A stretch of 50,439 nt of DNA from a virus. Lineage: Duplodnaviria; Caudoviricetes. The DNA lies in IMG/VR virus record IMGVR_UViG_3300028025_001146, positions 1 to 50,439 of that record. One strand, 5' to 3'. The notes under the pieces are model-generated. The model had not been told where the DNA came from and searched no databases. It worked only from the letters and a program-made list of their open reading frames with translations. This document shows, piece by piece, positions 42,233-50,439 of this stretch; within the stretch, counting starts at the first letter, position 1, and each line of letters begins with the position of its first letter. The position numbers were made by a program, and so were the translations under genes.

Positions 42233-42359
42233 GGTTCCCCCTTGCAAGCCGTGCGATCAATGCACCGCACGTCAGTTCGCGGCCGCAGGCGATCTTCAAC
42301 AGGTCGAGCAATGTAAATTCGACTACGTCGCTGTGGAATGGGTTAGGTGTGAATTTCAT
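42225..42359 (-). CDS. small hypothetical protein (44 aa)
   Basis: MKFTPNPF...; fills gap with overlaps. Confidence 0.45.
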   Translation of the reverse strand: MKFTPNPFHSDVVEFTLLDLLKIACGRELTCGALIARLARGNHA

Positions 42360-42670
42360 GCTTGCCCCCTTGCGCGGATAGCGTGAGCGCACTCAAGCGC
42401 GACCTCTTCCAGTTCGTCGGCAACACCGAGTTTCTTGTTCCACTCATTGACGTAACCCGCGCCAGATTCCTCACACAACTTCGCACACGCCTCGCGCTCG
42501 GCCTCCATGCCCAGCTTGTACTGAGCATCAAGTTGTTTCTCAGCCTCGTTCAGTTGCTCGTATAGCAGTTGGATACGCTCGTGCATCCCTCGCAGTTCAG
42601 CGGCGGCATCCGGCCAGCCATCTGTTTCAAGCAAGTTGGCCAATCGCATGGCTTCGGGTTGTTCGCTCAT
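42356..42670 (-). CDS. hypothetical protein (AEREACAK motif)
   Basis: QPEAMRLA, EREACAKLC, AIRARG. Confidence 0.65.
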   Translation of the reverse strand: MSEQPEAMRLANLLETDGWPDAAAELRGMHERIQLLYEQLNEAEKQLDAQYKLGMEAEREACAKLCEESGAGYVNEWNKKLGVADELEEVALECAHAIRARGQA

Positions 42671-42780
42671 TTCCAATCCTCGTCGTCCTTCGAAAGCATG
42701 GCATCGAAGTACTCGTGCGCTAGGTGTACCAGCAGGCCACCAACGGCGAGGCCAATGATGATTCCAAGAATTAACTCCAT
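42667..42780 (-). CDS. small single-TM protein (37 aa)
   Basis: MELILGIIIGLAVGGLLV...; RBS GGAGAAGAGTGATG. Confidence 0.55.
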   Translation of the reverse strand: MELILGIIIGLAVGGLLVHLAHEYFDAMLSKDDEDWK

Positions 42781-42806
42781 CACTCTTCTCCTACGGTTTG
42801 GGTTTG

Positions 42807-43091
42807 CTACGCTCTCTCAAGATTTTTCAGAACCATCAGCGTAGCCAGCGCGTCAGTCATCTTCTCGCCCTCTGCCACGAGATATAAATCGGACTTCCAG
42901 TCAGGCCCGGGTCCGGTGTGCGGGGCGTAAGTGCGAATCTGGATGACCTTGCCGTTCATGGCTTGCATCACTGACAGGTTGAAATCTCCGGGGTTGGTGT
43001 GGTGGTTATGGGTCTCTACAACACTATCCGCCCCCAACGTGGAAGATGGTTGATTCATCCAATTAACGATTCGTTTTCTGAGCCAGTTCAT
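42807..43091 (-). CDS. hypothetical protein
   Basis: MNWLRKRIVNW; SD AAGGA. Confidence 0.6.
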   Translation of the reverse strand: MNWLRKRIVNWMNQPSSTLGADSVVETHNHHTNPGDFNLSVMQAMNGKVIQIRTYAPHTGPGPDWKSDLYLVAEGEKMTDALATLMVLKNLERA

Positions 43092-43263
43092 CTGCACGTT
43101 CCTTCTGAATTTTGATGGCGTGATACGCCAGCTTCGTCTCAGCCATCGCTGAGAGAGCAAACTCCATCGCTTTGTCAAAGTCGTTGTCCAACATGGCCCA
43201 ATGCATTTCCTTGAGGGCCTTCTCCGCCATCATGGCGGGGTGCGCGTAATCAACAATCTCCAT
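43063..43263 (-). CDS. hypothetical protein
   Basis: 66 aa helical; overlaps polymerase stop. Confidence 0.65.
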   Translation of the reverse strand: MEIVDYAHPAMMAEKALKEMHWAMLDNDFDKAMEFALSAMAETKLAYHAIKIQKERADELAQKTNR

Positions 43264-45118
43264 AGCTGCGTCCTAGTCCTGATTCACAGTTGAGGGGAAG
43301 GGCTTGCGCCCACGTGGGTCTCCAACGCATGCACTCCTCGACGTAGGATTGGGCCTCTTGAGCTTCTTCCTCGGGGGCGATGCATGCCACCGCGTCATGC
43401 ACGGTCAGCACAACTTTATATCGTTTGGCGATCTTGATCATCTGCTCTGCGATGACGCACCGTGCAACCGCTTGGCATATGTTTTCTGTCAGCTTCCCAC
43501 CGTACAGCCGGGTCGGTCCGTTGCGGGTGTCGTAGACGAACTCGGCCTTACCCTCGGGGGTCGTTGTCTTGCGCAGGCCCTCGTATCGTTGCCACAGACC
43601 AGAAGGTAGGAGAAACCCTCCCTTGGCCGCGTCAAACTGCACAGCATCCACCACGCCGTAGTTGGCCGCGTTCTTGGTGATGAGCGCCTCGACACAGTTC
43701 TGCCCCTGCTTCCACAGTGCCGGGATGCGTGCGTAGGTGCTGCGGTACACACTGATGATGCGCTGGGCTTCCTCCAACGCGATGTCGGTACCAAACGTCT
43801 TTAGCTGGGCTTGGAACTTGGCCGCGCCCATGCCGTAGCCTGCGCCAAGAATCGTGGTCTTACCCACGAACCGCTCTGGGTCCGTGATCTGGTCAACATC
43901 TTTACCGTAGATCTGGGCGGCCATGATCTTGTACGGGTCGTACTTCATCTCCTTCTTGGGCACACCTGCGGCAATCTCGTCGTTGTTCTTCTGAAAGAAC
44001 TCCACCAAGTCTTGCTGCCCGGAGATCCACGCCACCGTCCGCGCTTCGATCTGCGATGAGTCCGAGTCGATGATCACATACCCAAGCGGTGCTTCGATAG
44101 CTTTCTTGAGCTTGCCTGCGTTCTGTCCACGACTTGGCAGGTTCTGTAGGTTGATCTTGTCGTCACCACCCCAGCGCCCTGTGTGCGCGGCGTAGTACTT
44201 GATTGGCACAGGCAGGGGGCCACGCTCAGAGATAGATATGAACCGCTGGGTGCGAGTCTCCTCCAGCGTTGTCTTGGTGCCCAGCCGAGCACCGACCAGC
44301 GCCTGAACCTTTGCGGACGGATGCTCCAGCAACGCCTTGAACTCCTCGTCCGTCTTGGCGAATGCCCACGCTCCCTTACCCGTACGGGCGGACACCTTAC
44401 GGGGTGGCTCAACGCCGAGGCTCATGAGCAGTTCTGCAAACTTGTCGTTAGACATCAGCGAGTCCTTGTCGGCCTGCGCCAACTCCAGCAACTGCGCCTT
44501 CTTTGCCTTGACGGTCTCCAGATGGTCCTCCAGCATCGTCTTGTTGAGGATCAGCGACGGCTCAATGAACATCCGCAGTGTCGTGTCGATGACCTTCAAC
44601 TCCTTGAGAGGGAACCCTTCCATGAACCGATAGAACAGGGTGCGCGTCAACTCCACGTCGTTGCAGCAGTACTCGCCGTATTGAGCGAGATGTTCTGGAG
44701 AGAAGTCCAGCCGCCGCAGCCCCAACGCGTTCTCGACCTCGGTGCCCTTGACCCCGATGTTGTACCGATGCGCCAAGATCTTTAGGCTTCCACCCGCATC
44801 CACGCCGTGAATCGCACGGGCCATGCACAGCGTATCCAGCCAGCCCTTGGGTTTGATGCCAAAGAGCCACGACAAGATCGCCCCATCAAATTGGGTGTTG
44901 TGCGCCAGCACGAATGAGCTTGCCCAGTCGAACTGCTTGAACCACACCTTAAGTTGTTCGTGTGAGCCACTGAACCAGACGGGAGCTGCATCATTGACAG
45001 CAACCGCTACGCCGATCACATGGAAGTCCGGGTGCCGCACATACTCCTCGGTAGTGTGCGACCTGAACCCTAGCTCCTTGGAGTAGTAGGTCTCAAAGTC
45101 TACGGTGATGATGTTCAT
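43250..45118 (-). CDS. polA: DNA polymerase family A with 3'-5' exonuclease
   Basis: DFETY, HNTQFD; motif A DSSQIEAR, motif B RFVGKTTILGAGYG, motif C VHD. Confidence 0.92.
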   Translation of the reverse strand: MNIITVDFETYYSKELGFRSHTTEEYVRHPDFHVIGVAVAVNDAAPVWFSGSHEQLKVWFKQFDWASSFVLAHNTQFDGAILSWLFGIKPKGWLDTLCMARAIHGVDAGGSLKILAHRYNIGVKGTEVENALGLRRLDFSPEHLAQYGEYCCNDVELTRTLFYRFMEGFPLKELKVIDTTLRMFIEPSLILNKTMLEDHLETVKAKKAQLLELAQADKDSLMSNDKFAELLMSLGVEPPRKVSARTGKGAWAFAKTDEEFKALLEHPSAKVQALVGARLGTKTTLEETRTQRFISISERGPLPVPIKYYAAHTGRWGGDDKINLQNLPSRGQNAGKLKKAIEAPLGYVIIDSDSSQIEARTVAWISGQQDLVEFFQKNNDEIAAGVPKKEMKYDPYKIMAAQIYGKDVDQITDPERFVGKTTILGAGYGMGAAKFQAQLKTFGTDIALEEAQRIISVYRSTYARIPALWKQGQNCVEALITKNAANYGVVDAVQFDAAKGGFLLPSGLWQRYEGLRKTTTPEGKAEFVYDTRNGPTRLYGGKLTENICQAVARCVIAEQMIKIAKRYKVVLTVHDAVACIAPEEEAQEAQSYVEECMRWRPTWAQALPLNCESGLGRSYGDC

Positions 45119-45555
45119 TTGTTGTTCATCAACTTCTTGGCAAGCTCGAAACTTGCCTTGTTCAGCAACATTTTTGTAGGCACGGCTCCGAAGGGCGACG
45201 GCTCGGTCAGTGCCTGCCCGTACCCTGCCATCTGGTTGTGGGCTGGCGGGTTCTGGTAGTTGCTTAGTAGTCCTTGCGTGGGCGCTTCCGCCTTCATCTG
45301 TCTCTCCAACTCCTGTCGCTCAATCTGTTCATCGCGCAGCAACTCCTTGACGACCATCGCGTCAAACTCAGTCCTTCGCACAGCCCGTAGCGATTCATGG
45401 ATGCGGCCCTTTTCGCTCTCGGTGAGGCAGTCCTTGAAGTAGTCTCTGTACATGAACGCCCAGCGCCCACGTTTTTCGCCAGCTTCAAAGAACTCTTCCG
45501 GGTGCGTCTTCATGCGTTCGACCAGCACCTCTACCGCGTTGAATGTTTGTTCCAT
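45115..45555 (-). CDS. hypothetical protein
   Basis: LVERMKTHPEEF pattern; ATGA overlap with the polymerase. Confidence 0.65.
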   Translation of the reverse strand: MEQTFNAVEVLVERMKTHPEEFFEAGEKRGRWAFMYRDYFKDCLTESEKGRIHESLRAVRRTEFDAMVVKELLRDEQIERQELERQMKAEAPTQGLLSNYQNPPAHNQMAGYGQALTEPSPFGAVPTKMLLNKASFELAKKLMNNK

Positions 45556-45556
45556 G

Positions 45557-45859
45557 TCAGACCCTCGCAAGGTCAGCCAAGAACTTGTCGAACCGATCGC
45601 CCTTCTCCAACACTTTGTAGCGCAGGCTTTCTTGGCTCTCGACCTTCTTCAAATAGTTACGCTTGCACAGACTCTTTATGCGTGCGTGATTGGTTGCTGG
45701 CGATGCCGCATCGCTGCTATCTACCAACTGCATGATAGTTACCGACTCTTTGTCCTTCATCTGCTGAGCAATCTGCGCCAACAGCAACAGATCAATCGCG
45801 TCAAGGTCCCAGTGGTCCCGGGCCAGTCGCATCGCTTCCGACAATTTTTCTAGTTTCAT
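45557..45859 (-). CDS. winged-helix (MarR-like) DNA-binding protein
   Basis: ASPATNHARIKSL...YL...LRYK; SD AAGGAG. Confidence 0.65.
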   Translation of the reverse strand: MKLEKLSEAMRLARDHWDLDAIDLLLLAQIAQQMKDKESVTIMQLVDSSDAASPATNHARIKSLCKRNYLKKVESQESLRYKVLEKGDRFDKFLADLARV

Positions 45860-46064
45860 GGGTTCTCCTTAGTGAATAGTAATTTTTTCGTTGCCGATAC
45901 CGCAGGTAGATCTTGTCCTCGTCCAGCAGGCGCTGGATGAACCGCCACGCATGGCGCTCACTGATCCGCAGGTTCCGGGCAACATCATCAACGCACATCG
46001 CGTACCGGCCCTGCCAGATACGCAACAACTTACGTGTTGTGCCGTCAGTCGGGCGACTCCTCAT
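45801..46064 (-). CDS. small HTH-like protein
   Basis: VDDVARNLRISERHAWRFIQRL; start uncertain. Confidence 0.5.
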   Translation of the reverse strand: MRSRPTDGTTRKLLRIWQGRYAMCVDDVARNLRISERHAWRFIQRLLDEDKIYLRYRQRKNYYSLRRTHETRKIVGSDATGPGPLGP

Positions 46065-46401
46065 AGTCCGTCCAGTCGATGATCTGTCCTTGAGATGGGA
46101 TGCCATGCTTACTCCATATCTCAAACGTCAATATCATCATCCCGATCCCGCTTTCATCTGTGATGATTGCGACGCCGCCTTGGTTAGAGATATCCACCAA
46201 GTTCTTGTTCTGCAACTCAGTAGGCTTGTTGCCTTTGGTCTTGCATTCGATCCCGATGAACTTACCCTTCCAGCAGCACACGATATCGGGCACACCCGAG
46301 CGGCCATAGCCGCCCGTGACAGGGTAGAAGAAGTACGCGCCATGCTGCTTGAGCAGGTCAACGACCTTCTTCTTTACCTTGGACTCAGGAGTTGCCGCCA
46401 T
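46045..46401 (-). CDS. VRR-NUC/Holliday junction resolvase-like nuclease
   Basis: PESKVK, GVPDI, FIGIECK, PTELQ. Confidence 0.85.
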   Translation of the reverse strand: MAATPESKVKKKVVDLLKQHGAYFFYPVTGGYGRSGVPDIVCCWKGKFIGIECKTKGNKPTELQNKNLVDISNQGGVAIITDESGIGMMILTFEIWSKHGIPSQGQIIDWTDYEESPD

Positions 46402-46822
46402 TACGCGCGTCGAACTGAATCGCCTTGAACAGCTTGCCTTCCAAGTAGCGGATGACTGCCAACGCGTCGGTCAGTTGATTGTGCTGCGTTGTAATATGCG
46501 CGTTGAGCTGGCTCACCCGGAAGGTCAGTTCCCGGATCTCACGCTCATACGAACCCTTGGGGGGCAGGGGAGTTGCCTTCGGCTCGGGCTTCACTTCAGG
46601 CTCTGGCGATTTATTAACAGCTGTTAATACGCCAGCCAACTTGTAGACGTTGGCCTCACGGTCATGCACAAGGATGCCCGCCTTCTTCATGGTCCACAGC
46701 AACGCGTACATGGTTGTAGGGGTGATTCCCTTGACTTCCCGCTTCACATCTTTAGTGGTGATGCCAGCAGGGTTCTTCTTGGCGAGGTCGATCACTCGCT
46801 GTTTGTATGTGACTTGGTTCAT
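46385..46822 (-). CDS. hypothetical protein (possible wHTH plus coiled coil)
   Basis: 145 aa; SD AGGAG. Confidence 0.65.
   Translation of the reverse strand: MNQVTYKQRVIDLAKKNPAGITTKDVKREVKGITPTTMYALLWTMKKAGILVHDREANVYKLAGVLTAVNKSPEPEVKPEPKATPLPPKGSYEREIRELTFRVSQLNAHITTQHNQLTDALAVIRYLEGKLFKAIQFDARNGGNS
46609..46629. promoter_or_regulatory. palindromic operator-like site, copy 1
   Basis: TATTAACAGCTGTTAATA perfect 18-bp palindrome. Confidence 0.55.
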
Positions 46823-47106
46823 TTCTGCACTCCTGTTTGAGATTTAAGTTCGTGGTACTCGTCGTATGTGAGATACACATACATCATGTGTTCGGTAAAT
46901 TTCCTTCCGATAACTTCTCCTCTTTGGTCGTGATTGATGTCACACATGCGCAGCATGGCCGCTCGTTCCCGCAACCACTCTGGCACCTTCTCGCTCTCTA
47001 AGGTATCGGTACGAATCGCCGCGTTGTCAAGAATGTTGACATACTCAACACCCCCGTCGTTTCGCGTGTGTGCAATTGCCATGTACCTGCTGATGCCCAT
47101 TTCCAT
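46819..47106 (-). CDS. hypothetical protein, paralogous to the C-terminus of the upstream gene
   Basis: AMLRMC...GRK shared. Confidence 0.6.
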   Translation of the reverse strand: MEMGISRYMAIAHTRNDGGVEYVNILDNAAIRTDTLESEKVPEWLRERAAMLRMCDINHDQRGEVIGRKFTEHMMYVYLTYDEYHELKSQTGVQK

Positions 47107-47108
47107 AG

Positions 47109-47135
47109 ATTATAGGACCTTTCGAGCCTTGTCAA
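47109..47135 (-). promoter_or_regulatory. possible sigma70 promoter (short spacer)
   Basis: TTGACA-15nt-TATAAT. Confidence 0.45.
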
Positions 47136-47983
47136 CTGTTAGTGGCCTTAAAATCATCAGGGTTTACGTGAATCCAGAACCGATTGTCTGAGACTTTGCG
47201 ACCCACCTCGGGAATGTACTCACCCTGAGTGCACATGCGCAACATCGCAACTTGTTGTTGCACGCACTGCGGCGCTTCTTCCAGCGTCTGATATGTCCAT
47301 GCACCAGCTTCCATGTCGCCTTTGTTCTCCACTGCCACCATCACGGATTCATCGGGCTGGATGTACACATACATCGGGACACTCACGATTGCCTTGCGGC
47401 GCTTCGCTTCACTGTACAGCTCGATACCGTCTATGATCACGCGTCGAAACTTCTCACTGCGAAACTGAACGCCGATTGAATTCAGGTACATCAGTTCCTC
47501 GGCAACATCGTCCGCAGATATCTTGCCCACGATTGAATTGAACTTACTGCGCGGCTCAGACCGCCAGACCGCATCACTCGCTTCCGGGCTGTTGTCAATG
47601 TCCTTCCACATGATCTCTTGCGCTGTGAACGGTTTGGCATAGTCACGCAACAGCTTGACCAGCTTGGCTGGGTCGGTCGTCTCCTTCACATGGTAGTTAG
47701 CGTTGTGAGACGCGTACTTCTGGTTCTGGATCAATCGGCTGCGCAAACCGTAGATGCGACGGTTCTTGGTATCGAAGCTCTCGCAGTCTAATATCGCAAG
47801 GCACTTATGTGCATTGGTCTGCGTTGTAGGGAAACGCGTATCAACAAACCGCACCACCGATGCGCGCCCATCCTCGGACACCACATCAATCGGGAACCGG
47901 CTCACATGTTTGCGGCGTAACTCAACGATCGCATCCCGCACTTCGGTAGGCGTATCAGCGGACAAATTTACATTTAGCATCAC
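47132..47983 (-). CDS. hypothetical protein
   Basis: 283 aa; RBS GGAGAAGAGTGATG. Confidence 0.75.
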   Translation of the reverse strand: MMLNVNLSADTPTEVRDAIVELRRKHVSRFPIDVVSEDGRASVVRFVDTRFPTTQTNAHKCLAILDCESFDTKNRRIYGLRSRLIQNQKYASHNANYHVKETTDPAKLVKLLRDYAKPFTAQEIMWKDIDNSPEASDAVWRSEPRSKFNSIVGKISADDVAEELMYLNSIGVQFRSEKFRRVIIDGIELYSEAKRRKAIVSVPMYVYIQPDESVMVAVENKGDMEAGAWTYQTLEEAPQCVQQQVAMLRMCTQGEYIPEVGRKVSDNRFWIHVNPDDFKATNS

Positions 47984-48294
47984 TCTTCTCCTGTTGCTTT
48001 ATCGATTGCTGCTCTGGCTATATCTATCCAGTCCCACCATTCCTGCTCCGTAGCCCCATGATGCTGGGGCATAGTCATCAGCGCGTTGAGCAAATCCGGT
48101 GCGGCCGATATCAGTCGTGCGTTGGCTCGCTGTTCCTGCGGCGGAATGGTCATCCGTGTCGGGATGTTGGCGACTGTTGTGGAATGCACCCCACGTTTGC
48201 GCACGGTGACGCTGAATGGGTTGGTCTTCCAATTGTTGTTCTCGTTCAACAACCACGGCCCCGGTGTGTGCGTGGATGGTTTAACTTGCATCAC
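47980..48294 (-). CDS. hypothetical phage protein (TPGPW...ANARLI.AAPDLL)
   Basis: common phage early-region motif. Confidence 0.75.
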   Translation of the reverse strand: MMQVKPSTHTPGPWLLNENNNWKTNPFSVTVRKRGVHSTTVANIPTRMTIPPQEQRANARLISAAPDLLNALMTMPQHHGATEQEWWDWIDIARAAIDKATGEE

Positions 48295-48309
48295 TCTTCT
48301 CCTTGTTGT

Positions 48310-49176
48310 TTAGAACATCGACAGGATCTCGTCCACCTTGGCCTTGGTCTCTAAGCGCACGGTGTCGCTCTTGCGCAGGTCCTCGGCGCACTTGCCGTTG
48401 ACCGCCTCCTCCAACTTCTTACGCGCCATCTCCAGCTTCGGGTCGGAGGTCACATTCAACCTCGTGAGCAGATCGCACAACTCGTTTGCATTAGTCACCA
48501 GCGAGTCGCGGAAGATCTGCGTGTAGTTCGGCCCCTCCTTGGTCTCCCTCGGGTTCTCGGAATCAGCCAGCTTCTCGCTCAGGTGCTTGACGCACTCGTG
48601 CAGTCGATCCCACGCATCGCCCATGGCATCAGCCAGCTTGTCGTTGTAGAACTTCTCGTACTGATCGCGCAACTCCTGCTTGCCTGCCTCGTTCACATCA
48701 ATGCGGAAGTCGCCCACCTCGGGCACAGGCAGGAACACATACTTGAAGCGGAACTTGTTCTCCAACGACTCCACAGGCGGGTACTCGTCACCATCGAACA
48801 AGTCACCCAACTGGAACGCCGCCGCGCTCACCAGCGTCGGATACTCCACGATGAAGTCCTTGACCGCGTCCTCGTACTGGCGCTCGTAGTTAGCCAGCGT
48901 AGCCTTGTAGTCAAAGAAGTTCTTCATGGGTAGCAGGCGGGAGCCACCGTCCGACCACGGGAGCGTCTGGTTGTAGTGCCAGATGCGAATGGCAGAGACA
49001 AGTTTCTGCAACTCGTCGAGCTTCTTGGTACCTGCCAACAACTTTTTGTGATAGTTCCCACCCTTGGCCTTGGTGTTCTTGGCCGCGTCGATCTCGTCCG
49101 AGACCTTCTTGTCCATCTTGCGACCTGTCCACACCGAGATGTTGAGGTCAATGAGCATTGCGCTGTTCTGAATCAT
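48310..49176 (-). CDS. conserved phage protein (DUF3150-like)
   Basis: ISVWTGRK.D, TLPWSD.G.RLLP, LN.T.DP.LE; follows vWA gene. Confidence 0.7.
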   Translation of the reverse strand: MIQNSAMLIDLNISVWTGRKMDKKVSDEIDAAKNTKAKGGNYHKKLLAGTKKLDELQKLVSAIRIWHYNQTLPWSDGGSRLLPMKNFFDYKATLANYERQYEDAVKDFIVEYPTLVSAAAFQLGDLFDGDEYPPVESLENKFRFKYVFLPVPEVGDFRIDVNEAGKQELRDQYEKFYNDKLADAMGDAWDRLHECVKHLSEKLADSENPRETKEGPNYTQIFRDSLVTNANELCDLLTRLNVTSDPKLEMARKKLEEAVNGKCAEDLRKSDTVRLETKAKVDEILSMF

Positions 49177-49187
49177 GGCACTCTCCT

Positions 49188-49208
49188 ATTTATTAACAGG
49201 TGTTAATT
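49188..49208. promoter_or_regulatory. palindromic operator-like site, copy 2
   Basis: ATTTATTAACAGGTGTTAATT, next to the RBS of 48310-49176. Confidence 0.55.
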
Positions 49209-50411
49209 AATTGCTACCGTTTTACCGATCTCGCTCACCACATCCGTAGTGATACCCCACAGTGTTGGGCACTGCCACCCCTCGCCCCACGAACTCACAT
49301 ACCCATCAGTCAGGATCACCGCGCACTCGGGCTTGAGTTTCTTCGCTGCGATGTAGTCCACGATGCACTGCGGGTCTGTGCCACCACCGCCTCGCGGCTT
49401 GGTGCTAGACAACAAGTTGTCCAGTTGGTCTTGCTCATACTTCTCGTGCTGGCACACTCGCGTATCCCAGTACAGCAGGTCGATACCCTCGGGTCGCACC
49501 GTCTCGCAGATCTTCTTAAGCTCCGAGAGGAACTCGCCGATCTCCTGCGGCCCGATAGACCCAGACATATCAATACCCACTGCGATGCGCCCAACGGACT
49601 CACCGATCAAGCTAGGCATATAAACATCTTCACCGATCCACCTACGGGATGGCCGCCTCCAAGTGCTCTCGTCTTTGTCCATGCAGAACGAAGTCACGAA
49701 CTCACGCATCGCCTCACGCCAATCTACCTTGGCCTCGGTCAACTCGGCGATCTCACGCGGCACATTGGCAGACATCTTCCCAGCTAGAATCGCGCCCTGC
49801 CTCAGTGCTTGGTCAACATCACGGGCCAGACCTTCCTTCTCCTCGGTCGATAGACCCTCGGCTTCTTCCCAATCATGGTCATCAAACCCACCAGCACCAC
49901 CGCCCTCGGTCACAGGTACATCCGTACCCTGCTGATCACCAGCAGTCTTCACATTGATAGACCCGTTGTCCTCCGCTTCCTTCTTAAGTCTGCGGAATAC
50001 CTCACCAGCATCAAGGCCCCTGAACTTGAAGTCCAGCAGGCCCTGCTTGGGTAGCGCCACATCAATCCCGTTAGGGTCGCTGTCATGGATCAAGATGTTG
50101 ATCACATAGTCGCAAGCCATGTTCGCAAGCTGGGGCCACTCCTTGTACAGGTGTTGCCACATGGTCGTATGGCGGAACGCCTTGTGCAGGTTCTCGTGCA
50201 GAATCAGAGCGCGTAGCTCCTTGTCCGACAGACCCTCGCTGAACTTGCGTCCATACTTAGTGTCACGCCCGTTAGTACAGGCAGTGGGCACATCGTCATC
50301 GACCGAGGTCTTGCCGACCATCAGGATGCCCGAGTACAGGCAGTACTTCGGATTCTTCATTAGCCATACATGTGCCTTCTGCACACGCTGCTCGACAGTC
50401 AATACACTCAT
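49203..50411 (-). CDS. metallopeptidase-vWA protein (DUF2201-like)
   Basis: TACTNG, HENLH, N.ACD..IN; MIDAS DMSGS, GGGTD, LTDG. Confidence 0.88.
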   Translation of the reverse strand: MSVLTVEQRVQKAHVWLMKNPKYCLYSGILMVGKTSVDDDVPTACTNGRDTKYGRKFSEGLSDKELRALILHENLHKAFRHTTMWQHLYKEWPQLANMACDYVINILIHDSDPNGIDVALPKQGLLDFKFRGLDAGEVFRRLKKEAEDNGSINVKTAGDQQGTDVPVTEGGGAGGFDDHDWEEAEGLSTEEKEGLARDVDQALRQGAILAGKMSANVPREIAELTEAKVDWREAMREFVTSFCMDKDESTWRRPSRRWIGEDVYMPSLIGESVGRIAVGIDMSGSIGPQEIGEFLSELKKICETVRPEGIDLLYWDTRVCQHEKYEQDQLDNLLSSTKPRGGGGTDPQCIVDYIAAKKLKPECAVILTDGYVSSWGEGWQCPTLWGITTDVVSEIGKTVAIN

Positions 50412-50412
50412 T

Positions 50413-50433
50413 TGTTAACTCCTGTTAATAAAT
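50413..50433. promoter_or_regulatory. palindromic operator-like site, copy 3
   Basis: ATTTATTAACAGGAGTTAACA on the - strand, contains the SD of the vWA gene. Confidence 0.5.
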
Positions 50434-50439
50434 TAGAAC

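Noticed and set aside
1-50439. Stop-codon reassignment, tRNAs, integrase/att sites
   Set aside because: Genes are intact in the standard code and end in TAA, TGA and TAG. No tRNA cloverleaf or recombinase was recognised by eye; tRNAscan was not run.

Overview
This window is a ~50 kb piece of a tailed dsDNA bacteriophage genome with two converging arms. It is podovirus-like: no tape-measure, sheath or tube genes were recognised. Terminase, portal and major capsid are not in the window. The + strand (1-32678) is the late/virion module: small basic proteins, a free-standing GIY-YIG endonuclease, adaptor/nozzle-like proteins, a 2353-aa repeat adhesin, a tail fibre, a lysis cassette with a GH108 endolysin, and four probable ejection proteins. 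The last of these is 2424 aa with L,D-transpeptidase-like and HExxH domains. The - strand (50411-32717) is the early/replication module: vWA/metallopeptidase, family-A DNA polymerase, VRR-NUC, PD-(D/E)XK and HNH nucleases, SNF2 helicase, SSB, primase-helicase and many small ORFs. Main unexplained signals: (1) Two otherwise unrelated ejection proteins share a 21-aa N-terminal leader and flank a GNAT-like gene and a DDxxD isoprenoid-synthase-like gene, suggesting leader-directed lipidation of virion proteins. (2) A candidate ~60-nt sRNA with its own promoter and terminator is complementary to the ribosome-binding sites of several early genes. (3) A conserved C-terminal peptide tag and a recurring [MFY]xxGG motif occur on many virion proteins. 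(4) A small gene appears overprinted inside the giant ejection protein gene. (5) There are two structured leaders and a repeated palindromic operator. All family assignments come from motif recognition by eye; no database search was run.
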